Both the position numbers and the translations under genes were made by a program. Positions 51,601 to 64,000 of a DNA stretch of 64,000 bases are shown in pieces. The DNA is from Flaccisagitta enflata (Eukaryota). The notes below the pieces were generated by a model. It worked only from the letters and a program-made list of their open reading frames with translations, ran no database searches and was not told the DNA's origin. Where the stretch lies: NCBI GenBank assembly GCA_965153355.1, contig OZ231126.1, forward strand, positions 49,662,001 through 49,726,000, written 5' to 3'. Every line of letters starts with the position of its first letter. Position 1 is the stretch's first letter.

Positions 51601-54600
51601 CTGCTGAACCTATCCCCAGAGTTGTAGGAGAGGGCTGCCTGACTTAACTGCAATGTGGAGTATGAAGGCTGCTGGGGGGCTGCTGAGTTTATCCCAGTAT
51701 TTGTGTTGTGGGGCTGCTGGAGGCTGCTGGTCCTATCCCCACAGTTGTAAGATAGGGCTGCTAGACTTAACTGCAATGTTGAGTATAGGGGCTGCTGGGG
51801 GGCTGCTGAGTCTATCCCAGTATTTGTAGTGGGGGGCTGCTGGGGGGCTGGTGGTCCTATCCCCAGAGTTGTAAGATAGTGCTGCTAGTCTTATCTGCAA
51901 TGTGGAGTATCAAGGCTGCTGGGGGGCTGCTTTGTCTATCCCAGTATTTGAATTGGGGGGCTACTGGGGGGCTGCTGGTCCTATCCCTGCAGTTGTAAGA
52001 TAGGGCTGCTAGACTTAACTGCAATGTTGAGTATAGGGGCTGCTGGGGGGCTGCTGAGTATATACCAGTACATCTAGTTTGGGGCTGCTGAGGGGGCTGC
52101 TGGTAATATCCCCGCAGTTGTAAGATAGGGCTGCGAGACTTAACTGCAATGTTGAGTATAAAGGCTGCTGGGGGGCTGCTGAGTATATACCAGTATATCT
52201 AGTTTGAGGCTGCTGGGGGGCTGCTGGTCCTATCCCCAGAGTTGTAAGATAGTGCTGCTAGACTTACCTGCAATGTTGAGTATAAAGGCTACTGGGGGGC
52301 TGTTGGGTCTATCCCAGTATTCGTAGCGGGTGGCTGCTGGGGGGCTGCTGGTTCTATTCCCACAATTATAAGACAGGGCTGCTAGTCTTAACTGCAATGT
52401 TGAGTGTAGGGGCTACTGGGGAGCTGCTGGTCCTATCCCCAGAGTTTTAGAATGCTGCTGGGGGGCTGCTGAGTCTATCCCAGTATTGGTAGTGGGGGGC
52501 TGCTGGGGGGCTGCTGGTCCTATTCCCACAGTTATAAGACAAGGCTGCTAGACTTAACTGCAATGTTGAGTATACGGGCTGCTGGGGGGCTGCTGGTCCT
52601 ATCCCCAGAGTTGTAGGAGGGGGCTGCTAGACATAAAATCAACAAACATACTGATAATGGGGGCTGCTGGGGGGCTGCTGTGTCTATCCCAATGTTTCTA
52701 GTTGGGGGCTGCTGGGGGGCTGCTGGTCCTATCCCCAGAGTTGTAAGATAGTGCTGCTAGACTTCACTGCAATGTTGAGTATAGGGGCTGCTGGGGGGCT
52801 GCTGAGTCTATCCCAGTATTTGTAGTGGGGGGCTGCTGGGGGGCTGCTGATCCTATTCCCACAGTTAGAAGACAGGGCTGCTAGACTTAACTGCATTGTT
52901 GAGTATAGGGGCTGCTGGGGGGCTGCTGGTCCTTTTCCCAGAGTTGTAGAAGGGGCTGCTAGACTTAAAATCAACACACATACTGATAATGGGGGCTGCT
53001 GTGTCTATCCCAATGTTTCTAGTTGGGGGCTGCTGGGGGGCTGCTGGTCCTATCCCCAGAGTTGTAAGATAGTGCTGCTAGACTTCACTCAAATGTTGAG
53101 TATAGGGGCTGCTGGGGGGCTGCTGAGTCTATCCCAGTATTTGTAGTCGGGGGCTGCTGGGGGGCTGCTGGTCCTATCCCCAGAGTTGTAAGATAGTGCT
53201 GCTAGTCTTAACTGCAATGTGGAGTATAAAGGCTGCTGGGGGGCTGCTGAGTCTATCCCAGAATTTGAATTGGGGGGCTGCTGGGGGGCTAATGGTCCTA
53301 TCCCCAGAGTTGTAGAAGGGGCTGCTAGACTCAAAATCAAGACACATACTGATAATGGGGGCTGCTGGGGGCTGCTGTGTCTATCCCAATGTTTCTAGTT
53401 GGGGGCTGCTTGGGGGCTGCTGGTCCTATCCCCAAAGTTGTAAGATAGTGCTGCTAGACTTCACTGCAATGTTGATTAAAGGGGCTGCTGGGGGGCTGCT
53501 GAGTCTATCCCAGTATTTGTAGTGGGGCTGCTGGGGCTGCTAGTCCTATCCCCAGAGTTGTAAGATAGTGCTGCTAGTCTTAACTGCAATGAGGAGTATA
53601 AAGGCTGCTGGGGGCTGCTGAGTCTATCCCAGTATTTGAATTAGGGGGCTGCTGGGGGCTGCTGATCCTATCCCCAGAGTTGTAAGATAGTGCTGCTAGA
53701 CTTCACTGCAATGTTGAGTATGGGGGCTACTCGGGGGCTGCTGAGTCTATCCCAGTATTTGTAGTGGGGGGCTGCTGGGGGGCTGCTGGTCCTATCCCCA
53801 GAGTTGTAAGATAGTGCTGCTAGTCTTAACTGCAATGTGGAGTATAAAGGCTGCTGGGGGGCTGCTGAGTCTATCCCAGTATTTGAATTGGGGGGCTGCT
53901 GGGGGGCTGCTGGTCCTATCCCTGCAGTTGTAAGATAGGGCTGCTAGACTTAACTGCAATGTTGAGTATAGGGGCTGCTGGGGGGCTGCTGAGTATATAC
54001 CAGCATCTAGTTTGGGGCTGCTGAGGGGGCTGCTGGTAATATCCCCGCAGTTGTAAGATAGGGCTGCTAGACTTAACTGCAATGTTGAGTATAAAGGCTG
54101 CTGGGGGGCTGCTGAGTACTATACCAGAATATCTAGTTAGAGGCTGCGGGGGGGCTGCTGGTCCTATCCCCAGAGTTGTAAGATAGTGCTGCTAGACTTA
54201 CCTGCAATGTTGAGTATACAGGCTACTGGGGGGCTGTTGGGTCTATCCCAGTATTCGTAGCGGGTGGCTGCTGGGGGGCTGCTGGTTCTATTCCCACAAT
54301 TATAAGAGAGGGCTGCTAGTCTTAACTGCAATGTTGAGTGTAGGGGCTACTGGGGAGCTGCTGGTCCTATCCCCAGAGTTTTAGAATGCTGCTGGGGGGC
54401 TGCTGAGTCTATCCCAGTATTGGTAGTGGGGGGCTGCTGGGGGGCTGCTGGTCCTATTCCCACAGTTAAAAGACAAGGCTGCTAGACTTAACTGCAATGT
54501 TGAGTATACGGGCTGCTAGGGGGGTGCTGGTCCTATCCCCAGAGTTGTAGGAGGGGGCTGCTAGACATAAAATCAACAAACATACTGATAATGGGGGCTG

Positions 54601-56365
54601 CTGGGGGGCTGCTGAGTCTAGCCCCATATTTTTAGTTGGGGGCTGCTGGGGGGCTGCTGGTCCTATCCCCAGAGTTGTAAGATAGTGCTGCTAGACTTCA
54701 CTCAAATGTTGAGTATAGGGGCTGCGGTGGGGGGGGCTGCTTAGTCTATCCCAGTATTTGTAGTGGGGGGGTGCTGGGGGGCTGCTGATCCCATTCCCAC
54801 AGTTAGAAGACAGGGCTGCTAGACTTAACTGCATTGTTGAGTATAGGGGCTGCTGGGGGGCTGCTGGTCCTTTTCCCAGAGTTGTAGAAGGGGCTGCTAG
54901 ACTTAAAATCAACACACATACTGATAATGGGGGCTGCTGTGTCTATCCCAATGTTTCTAGTTGGGGGCTGCTGGGGGGCTGCTGGTCCTATCCCCAGAGT
55001 TGTAAGATAGTGCTGCTAGACTTCACTGCAATGTTGAGTATAGGGGCTGCTGGGGGGCTGCTGAGTCTATCCCAGTATTTGTAGTCGGGGGCTGCTGGGG
55101 GGCTGCTGGTCCTATCCCCAGAGTTGTAAGATAGTGCTGCTAGTCTTAACTGCAATGTGGAGTATAAAGGCTGCTGGGGGGCTGCTGAGTCTATCCCAGA
55201 ATTTGAATTGGGGGGCTGCTGGGGGGCTAATGGTCCTATCCCCAGAGTTGTAGAAGGGGCTGCTAGACTCAAAATCAACACACATACTGATAATGGGGGC
55301 TGCTGGGGGGCTGCTGTGTCTATCCCAATGTTTCTAGTTGGGGGCTGCTGGGGGGCTGCTGGTCCTATCCCCAAAGTTGTAAGATAGTGCTGCTAGACTT
55401 CACTGCAATGTTGATTAAAGGGGCTGCTTGGGGGCTGCTGAGTCTATCCCAGTATTTGTAGTGGGGGGCTGCTGGGGGGCTGCTGGTCCTATCCCCAGAG
55501 TTGTAAGATAGTGCTGCTAGTCTTAACTGCAATGAGGAGTATAAAGGCTGCTGGGGGGCTGCTGAGTCTATCCCAGTATTTGAATTAGGGGGCTGCTGGT
55601 GGGCTGCTGATCCTATCCCCAGAGTTGTAAGATAGTGCTGCTAGACTTCACTGCAATGTTGAGTATGGGGGCTACTCGGGGGCTGCTGAGTCTATCCCAG
55701 TATTTGTAGTGGGGGGCTGCTGGGGGGCTGCTGGTCCTATCCCCAGAGTTGTAAGATAGTGCTGCTAGTCTTAACTGCAATGTGGAGTATAAAGGCTGCT
55801 GGGGGGCTGCTGAGTCTATCCCAGTATTTGAATGGGGGGGTTGCTGGGGGGCTGCTGGTCATATCCCCAGAGTTGTAGAAGGGGCTGCTAGACTTAAAAT
55901 CAACACGCATACTGATAATGGGGGCTGCTGGGGGGCCGCTGTGTCTATCCCAATGTTTCTAGTTGGGGGCTGCTGGGGGGCTGCTGGTCCTATCCCCAGA
56001 GTTGTAAGATAGTGCTGCTAGACTTCACTGCAATGTTGAGTATAGGGGCTGCTGGGGGGCTGCTGAGTCTATCCCAGTATTTGTAGTTGGGGGCTGCTGG
56101 GGGGCTGCTGGTCCTATCCGCAGAGTTGTAAGATAGTGCTGCTAGTCTTAACTGCAATGTGGAGTATTTAGGCTGCTGCTGGGCAGCTGAGTCTATCCCC
56201 GTATTTATAGTGGGGGGCTGCTGGGGGGCTGCGGGTCCTATCCCTACAGTTGTAGAAGGGATTGCTAGACTTAAAATCAATACACATACTGATAATGGGG
56301 GCTGCTGGGGAGCTGCTGTGTCTATCTCAATGTTTCTAGTTGGGGGCTGCTGGGGGGCTGCTGGT

Positions 56366-59161
56366 TACGTTTCTTCAAGCACTGTAATACTTGGATATCA
56401 CTACTTGTCAGCCTTTTTTATTTTGATACATGATGTACTGAGCCTAAAATACAATTTTTATCATCTTAGCTTGATAAAACCCTTTGTCGAAATCCCTTTA
56501 TTCATCACTTCTCCAAGGTGGTTGCGGTGAAAATGTTGAAATTTTGTCACTTTGGGCTCAAAATGGGGCCACTTCGCTTTTGAAATTTGACCTGAAATCC
56601 ATAAGATTATGAAACTAGAGCTCAAGAGCTAGCCAGTGGTGCAATCCGCATATTGCTATCATTTTTTGTTAAGATTTGAGAGCTCATCAATGATGGAAGT
56701 GTGAACGTTATTTTATCAGTGAATTTGGTGGCCTATTTTGACATTTTTACAGTTTTTGGGCAGCGGCCCCGAAGGGGACGAAGTCCTGTAGAACACAGGG
56801 GGAATCTGTCCGTTCGTCCGTCCGTCCGTCCGTCCGTCCGTCTGTCCGTCCCCCCCCCCGCCCCACCCTCGGCTTCGTCTCCTTTGGGGCCCAAATCCAA
56901 ACTGTATGGCCCAAATCTGAGCAAAATGGTCCAAATCCGCCCAATATTGGCCAAATCCAGGCAAAATGGCTTAAGACCAGGTAAAATGGGCCTTTTCTGG
57001 CTAGAAAACCTGAATTCTGGCCTTAGTTCTATCATCTTGGCCCCTTAAACTGAGATTCTGGCTCCAAAAACCCACATCCCAGCCTTAGAGACCCAGATCC
57101 TGACCTTTGGGACCCAGATTCTGACCTCCAAGACCTAGGTGCTGGCCTAAAAGACCTAAATCCTAGCCTCAGAGGACCAAATCCTGACCTCAGAAACTGA
57201 AATCCTTGCCTCTGAGACCAAGAAATTGGTCTCTTCCGAGATAGAAAAAGACAAAAAATCCATGAGCAAATTAAACTACAGTTCAAGATCTAACCAACTG
57301 ATCTTTGAAGCTCTGCCAAATCTATATACTTTAACATATTGATATGGCGATTGCACCATTGGTTAGATCTTGCACTGTAATTTAATTTGCTCATGGATTT
57401 TTTGTCTTCTTCTATCTCGGAAGTGCCCGAATATTTTGACCAAAGTAGCCAAAATGGCGAAAAAAATTCACTTTTTGGGCAGCGGCCCCAAAGGGGACAA
57501 AGCCCTGAAGAACACAGGGGGACTTTTATTCGTCTGTCCGTTCGTTCGTCCATTCGTCCTTCCGTTTGTCCCCCAGGCCCTCTCAGGTCTGAAATCTGCC
57601 CTCTTAGGCCTGAGATCTGCCCTCCCAGGCCCTGAAATTGGTCCTCTCAGGCCTTTAATCTGCCCTCTCAGGCCAGAAATATGCCCTCTCAGGCCTGAAA
57701 TCTGCCCTCTAAGGCCCTGAAATCTGTCCTCTCAGGCCTTGAATTTGCCCTCTCAGGCCTTGAATCTGCCCTCTAAGGCCTGACATCTGCCTGCTCAGAT
57801 TCAAGGTCAAGAGGACAGGTTTCGTGAGAGGGCTGATTTCAGGCCTGAGAGGGCAGATTTCAGACCTGAGAAGGCCTGGGGGGCGGACGGATGGGATGGA
57901 CGGACGGACAGATGACTAACAAAGTCCCCTGTATTCTCAGGACTTTGTTCTCTGGGCCGCTGCCTTGCTTCTCTCACTCCATTTCACAATCATGCAAAGC
58001 AGGGCAACGGGTATCGCTGACCACATCTTGCCCTTGGGCGACCTGTTAGCACCTGCTTCTAGAGTCTCCCAAAATTTTTGAGGGTCATATTGATCGAAAA
58101 TTTTGACAGATTCAGCTAGAGCATCAAAAACTCTTCAATTTGGTCACCAATTTCATCTAAATGTATCCAACCAATACAGAGATATATCAAAAATTGTAAA
58201 AGACGTCAAAATTGACCACCAAATTCATGTGGTAAAAAACGCTCATACCCTTCCATCTTTGAAATGCTCTCAAATCTTAACAAAAAACAATAGCAACTTG
58301 CAGATTGCACCACTGGTTAGCTCAAGAGCTCTAGTTTTATAATCTCATGGATTTTGGGTCAAATTTATAAAGTGAAGTGGCCCAAGTTCGAGCCCAAAAT
58401 GACCAAAATTACCAAAAAATGATATTTTGTCATACCCACTGATCTTTTAAGCTGTGCCAAATCTATATGCTTTAACATGTCGACATGGCGATTGCACCAT
58501 TGATTACATCTTGCACTGTAGTTTAATTTGCTCATGGATTTTTTGTCTTTTTCTATCTCGGAAGTGCCCGAATTTTTTGACCCAAATGGCCAAATGGCCA
58601 AATGGCCAAAATGGCAAAAAAATTCACTTTTTAGCACCTGCTTCTAGAGTCTCCCAAAAATTTTGAGGGTTATATTGATCAAAAATTTTACCAGATTCAA
58701 AAAGAGCATCAAAAACTCTTCAATTTGGTCACCAATTTCATCTAAATTTGTCTATCCAAAGCTGAGATATATCAAAAATTGTAAAAAATGTCAAAATTGA
58801 CCACCAAATTCATCTTGTTAAAAAAACCCTCATACCCTTCCATCTTTGAAATGCTCTCAAATCTGAACAAAAAACAATAGCAACATGCGGATTGCACCAC
58901 TGGTTAGCTCTTGAGCTCTAGTTTCATAATCTCATGGATTTGGGGTAAAACTTCAAAACCAAAGTGGCCCGATTTTGAGCCCAAATTTCAACACTTTCAC
59001 CACAACCACCTTGGAGTAGTGATAGATAAATGGATTTCGGCGAAGGGTTTTAACAAGCTAAGATGATGAAATTCGTATTTTAGGCTCAGAACATCATGTA
59101 TCAAAAGAAAAAAGGCTGACCAGTTGTGATGTCCAAGTACGACAGTGCTTGAAAAAACGTA
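56366..59161. mobile_element. 2.8-kb foldback DNA transposon, TACGT...ACGTA termini, 8-bp TSD, carrying nested HINEs
   Basis: CTGCTGGT at 56358-56365 and 59162-59169; TACGTTTCTTCAAGCACTG / CAGTGCTTGAAAAAACGTA; same internal blocks as 13238-15707. Confidence 0.92.
57475..58045 (+). mobile_element. HINE-like family 2 copy inserted in a T-run without an evident TSD
   Basis: Interrupts CACTTTTTAGCACCTG (intact paralogous site at ~58626-58640); internal inverted repeat, ~22-bp array, 3' hairpin GCCCTTGGGC. Confidence 0.82.
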
Positions 59162-62100
59162 CTGCTGGTCCTATCCCCAGAGTTGTAAGATAGTGCTGCT
59201 AGTCTTAACTGCAATGAGGAGTCTATCCCAGTATTTGAATTGGGGGGCTGCTGGGGGGGCTGCTGGTCCGATCCCCACAGTTGTAAGATAGGGCTGCTAG
59301 ATTTCACTGCAATGTTGAGTCTAGGGGCTGCTGGGGGGCTGCTGAGTCTATCCCCGTATTTGTAGTGGGGGGCTGCTGGGGGGCTGCTGGTCCTATCCCC
59401 AGAGTTGTAGAAGGGGCTGCTAGACTTAAAATCAACACACATACTGATAATTGGGGCTGCAGGGGGGCTGCTGTGTCTATCCCAATGTTTCTAGTTGGGG
59501 GCTGCTGGGGGGCTGCTGGTCCTATCTCCAGAGTTGTAAGATAGTGCTGCTAGTCTTAACTGCAATGAGGAATATAAAGGCTGCCGGGGGGCTGCTGAGT
59601 CTATCCCAGTATTTGTAGTGGGGGGCTGCTGGGGGGCTGCTGGTCCTATCCCCAGAGTTGTAAGATAGTGCTGCTAGTCTTAACTGCAATGAGGAGTATA
59701 AAGGCTGCCGGGGGGCTGCTGAGTCTATCCCAGTATTTGAATTGGGGGGCTGCTGGGGGGCTGCTGGTCCTATCCCCAGAGTTGTAAGATAGTGCTGCTA
59801 GACTTCAATGCGCAATGCTGAGTATGGGGCCACTGGGGCCTGCTGAGCTCATCCCAGCATTTGTAGTGGGGCTGCTGGGGGGGGCTGGTCCTATCCCCAG
59901 AGTTGTAAGATAGTGCTGCTAGTCTTAACTGCAATGTGGAGTATGAAAGGCTGCTGGGGCTGCTGAGTCTATCCTGCATTTGAATAGGGGTTGTTGGGGG
60001 GCTGCTGGTCATATCCCCAGAGTTGTAGAAAGGGCTGCTAGACTTAAAATCAACACACATACTGATAATTGGGGCTGCTGGGGGGCTGCTGTGTCTATCC
60101 CAATGTTTCTAGTTGGGGGCTGCTGGGGGGCTGCTGGTCCTATCCCCAGAGTTGTAAGATAGTGCTGCTAGTCTTAACTGCAATGAGGAGTATAAAGGCT
60201 GCCGGGGGGCTGCTGAGTCTATCCCAGTATTTGAATTGGGGGGCTGCTGGGGGGCTGCTGGTCCTATCCCCACAGTTGTAAGATAGGGCTGCTAGACTTC
60301 ACTGCAATGTTGAGTCTAGGGGCTGCTGGGGGGCTGCTGAGTCTATCCCCGTATTTGTAGTGGGGGGCTGCTGGGGGGCTGCTGGTCCTATCCCCAGAGT
60401 TGTAGAAGGGGCTGCTAGACTTAAAATCAACACACATACTGGTAACGGGGGCTTCTGAGGGGCTGCTGTGTCTATCCCAATGTTTCTAGTTGGGGGCTGC
60501 TGGGGGGCTGCTGGTCCTATCCCCAGAGTGGTAAAATAGTACTGCTAGTCTTAACTGCAATGAGGAATATAAAAGCTGCCGGGGGGCTGCTGAGTCTATT
60601 CCAGTATTTGAATTGGGGGGCTGCTGGGGGGCTGCTGGTCCTATCCCCACAGTTGTAAGATAGGGCTGCTAGACTTCACTGCAATGTTGAGTCTGGGGGC
60701 TGCTGAGTCTATCCCCGTATTTGTAGTGGGGGGCTGCTGGGGGGCTGCTGGTCCTATCCCCACAGTTGTAAGATAGGGCTGCTAGACTTCACTGCAATGT
60801 TGAGTCTAGGGGCTGCTGGGGGGCTGCTGAGTCTATCCCCGTATTTGTAGTGGGGGGCTGCTGGGGGGCTGCTGGTCCTATCCCCACAGTTGTAAGATAG
60901 GGCTGCTAGACTTAAAATCAACACACATACTGATAATTGGGGCTGCTGGGTGGCTGCTGTTTCATCCCAATGTTTCTAGTTGGGGGCTGCTTAGGGGCTG
61001 CTGGTCCTATCCCCAGAGTTGTAAGATAGTGCTGCTAGTCTTAACTGCAATGAGGAGTCTATCCTAGTATTTGAATTCGGGGGCTGCTGGGGGGCTGCTG
61101 GTCCTATCCCCACAGTTGTAAGATAGGGCTGCTAGACTTCACTGCAATGTTGAGTCTAGGGGCTGCTGGGGGGCTGCTGAGTCTATCCCCGTATTTGTAG
61201 TGGGGGGCTGCTGGGGGGCTGCTGGTCCTATCCCCAGAGTTGTAGAAGGGGCTGCTAGACTTAAAATCAACATACATACTGATAATGGGGGCTGCTGAGG
61301 GGCTGCTGTGTCTATCCCAATGTTTCTAGTTGGGGGCTGCTGGGGGGCTGCTGGTCCTTTCCCCAGAGTTGTAAAATAGTGCTGCTGTCTTAACTGCAAT
61401 GAGGAATATAAAGGCTGCCGGGGGGCTGCTGAGTCTATCCCAGTATTTGAATTGGGGGGCTGCTGGGGGGCTGCTGGTCCTATCCCCACAGTTGTAAGAT
61501 AGGGCTGCTAGACTTCACTGCAATGTTGAGTCTAGGGGCTGCTGGGGGGCTGCTGAGTCTATCCCCGTATTTGTAGTGGGGGGCTGCTGGGGGGCTGCTG
61601 GTCCTATCCCCACAGTTGTAAGATAGGGCTGCTAGACTTCACTGCAATGTTGAGTCTAGGGGCTGCTGGGGGGCTGCTGAGTCTATCCCCGTATATGTAG
61701 TGGCGGGCTGCTGGAAGGCTGCTGGTCCTATCCCCACAGTTGTAAGATAGGGCTGCTAGACTTCACTGCAATGTTGAGTCTAGGGGCTGCTGGGGGGCTG
61801 CTGAGTCTATCCCCGTATTTGTAGTGGGGGGCTGCTGGGGGGCTGCTGGTCCTATCCCCAGAGTTGTAGAAGGGGCTGCTAGACTTAAAATCAACACACA
61901 TACTGATAATGGGGGCTGCTGGGGGGCTGCTGTGTCTATCCCAATGTTTCTAGTTGGGGGCTGCTGGGGGGCTGCTGGTCCTATCCCCAGAGTTGTAAGA
62001 TAGTGCTGCTAGTCTTAACTGCAATGAGGAGTCTATCCCAGTATTTGAATTGGGGGGCTGCTGGGGGGCTGCTGGTCCTATCCCCACTGTTGTAAGATAG

Positions 62101-64000
62101 GGCTGCTAGACTTCACTGCAATGTTGAGTCTAGGGGCTGCTGGGGGATTGCTGAGTCTATCCCCGTATTTGTAGTGGGGGGCTGCTGGTCCTATCCCCAG
62201 AGTCGTAGAAGGGGCTGCTAGACTTAAAATAAACACACATACTGATAATGGGAGCTGCTGGGGGGCTGCAGTGTCTATCCCAATGTTTCTAGTTGGGGGC
62301 TGCTGGGGGGCTGCTGGTCCTATCCCCAGAGTTGTAAGATAGTGCTGCTAGTCTTAACTGCAATGAGGAGTCTATCCCAGTATTTGAATTGGGGGGCTGC
62401 TGGGGGGCTGCTGGTCCTATCCCCACAGTTGTAAGATAGGGCTGCTAGACTTCACTGCAATGTTGAGTCTAGGGGCTGCTGGGGGGCTGCTGAGTCTATC
62501 CCAGTATTTGTAGGGGCTGCTGGGGGCTGGTCTTATCCCCAGAGTTGTAGAAGGGGCTGCTAGACTTAAAATCAACACACATACTGATAATGGGGGCTGC
62601 TGGGGCTGCTGTGTCTATCCCAATGTTTCTAGTTAGGGCTGGGGGCTGCTGGTCCTATCCCCAGAGTGGTAAGATAGTGCTGCTAGTCTTAACTGCAATG
62701 AGGAGTATAAAGGCTGGGGCCTGAGTCTATCTCAGTATTTGAATTGGGGCTGCTGGGGGGCTGCTGGTCCTATCCCCACAGTTGTAAGATAGGGCTGCTA
62801 GACTTCACTGCAATGTTGAGTCTAGGGGCTGCTGGGGGGCTGCTGAGTCTATCCCCGTATTTGTAGTGGGGGGCTGCTGGGGGGCTGCTGGTCCTATCCC
62901 CAGAGTTGTAGAAGGGGCTGCAGACATAAAATCAACACACATACTGATAATGGGGGCTGCTGGGGGTCGCTGTGTGTCTATCCCAATGTTTCTAGTTGGG
63001 GGCTGCTGGGGCTGCTGGTCCTATCCCCAGAGTTGTAAGATAGTGCTGCTAGTCTTAACTGCAATGAGGAGTCTATCCCAGTATTTGAATTGGGGGGCTG
63101 CTGGGGGGCTGCTGGTCCTATCCCCACAGTTGTAAGATAGGGCTGCTAGACTTCACTGCAATGTTGAGTCTAGGGGCTGCTTGGGGGCTGCTGAGTCTAT
63201 CCCCGTATTTGTAATGGGGGCTGCTGGGGGGCTGCTGGTCCTATCCCCAGAGTTGTAGAAGGGGCTGCTAGACTTAAAATCAACACACATACTGATAATG
63301 GGGGCTGCTGGGGCTGCTGTGTATCCCAATGTTTCTAGTTGGGGGCTGCTGGGGGCTGCTGGTCCTATCCCCAGAGTTGTAAGATAGTGCTGCTAGTCTT
63401 AACTGCAATGAGGAGTATTTAAGCTGCCGGGGGGCTGCTGAGTCTATCCCCGTATTTGTAGTGGGGGGCTGCTGGGGGGCTGCTGGTCCTATCCCCACAG
63501 TTGTAAGATAGGGCTGCTAGACTTCACTGCAATGTTGAGTCTAGGGGCTGCTGGGGGGCTGCTGAGTCTATCCCCGTATTTGTAGTGGGGGGCTGCTGGG
63601 GGGCTGCTGGTCCTATCCCCAGAGTTGTAGAAGGGGCTGCTAGACTTAAAATCAACACACATACTGATAATGGGGGCTGCTGGGGGGCTGCTGTGTCTAT
63701 CCCAATGTTTCTAGTTGGGGGCTGCTGGGGGGCTGCTGGTCCTATCCCCAGAGTTGTAAGATAGTGCTGCTAGTCTTAACTGCAATGAGGAGTATAAAGG
63801 CTGCCGGGGGGCTGCTGAGTCTATCCCAGTATTTGAATTAGGGGGCTGCTGGGGGGCTGCTGGTCCTATCCCCACAGTTGTAAGATAGGGCTGCTAGACT
63901 TCACTGCAATGTTGAGAATAGGGGCTGCTGGGGGGCTGCTGAGTATATCCCAGTGTTTTTAAGGGGGGGCTGCTGAGAGGTCTAAGGGGCTGCTGATCCT

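Larger units (their letters stand above)
50705..64000 (-). repeat. Satellite array 2, same family, inverted relative to array 1
   Basis: GGGGGGCTGCTG-rich monomers; degenerate near 50.7 kb, homogeneous toward 64 kb. Confidence 0.95.

Noticed and set aside
51179-63498. Recurrent AAPQQP / GCWGAA ORFs suggesting a repetitive protein
   Set aside because: Satellite monomers of 124 bp are not a multiple of 3, stops are frequent and no consistent frame exists.

Overview
Repeat-dense eukaryotic (probably invertebrate animal) genomic DNA; the organism cannot be identified from the window. One host gene can be reconstructed: a 3-exon minus-strand gene (6067-7780) for a secreted, cysteine-rich 257-aa protein with an SRCR-like cysteine pattern. 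The centrepiece is a 10-kb, very young BEL/Pao LTR retrotransposon (28494-38526, minus strand; 382-bp LTRs identical by eye; GCCCC TSD) inserted in a ~124-bp satellite. It is unusual in four ways: gag and pol are in frame and separated by one UGA-CUAG readthrough-type stop; a putative 4-exon accessory gene with three 105-110-nt GT-AG introns lies downstream of integrase; there is no canonical TGG primer-binding site; and a 72-bp duplication plus frameshift precedes integrase. The window also holds a 5'-truncated Penelope-like element with an inverted pLTR and a hammerhead-like motif, many DINE-1/HINE-like rolling-circle derivatives (some nested and carrying tandem arrays), several TIR MITE/foldback families (TACG..CGTA with 8-bp TSD; TA-TSD; CACTG/CACAGTG ends), two oppositely oriented higher-order satellite arrays sharing a unique terminus, and many microsatellites. 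All alignments were done by eye; most short ORFs in the track are repeat artefacts.
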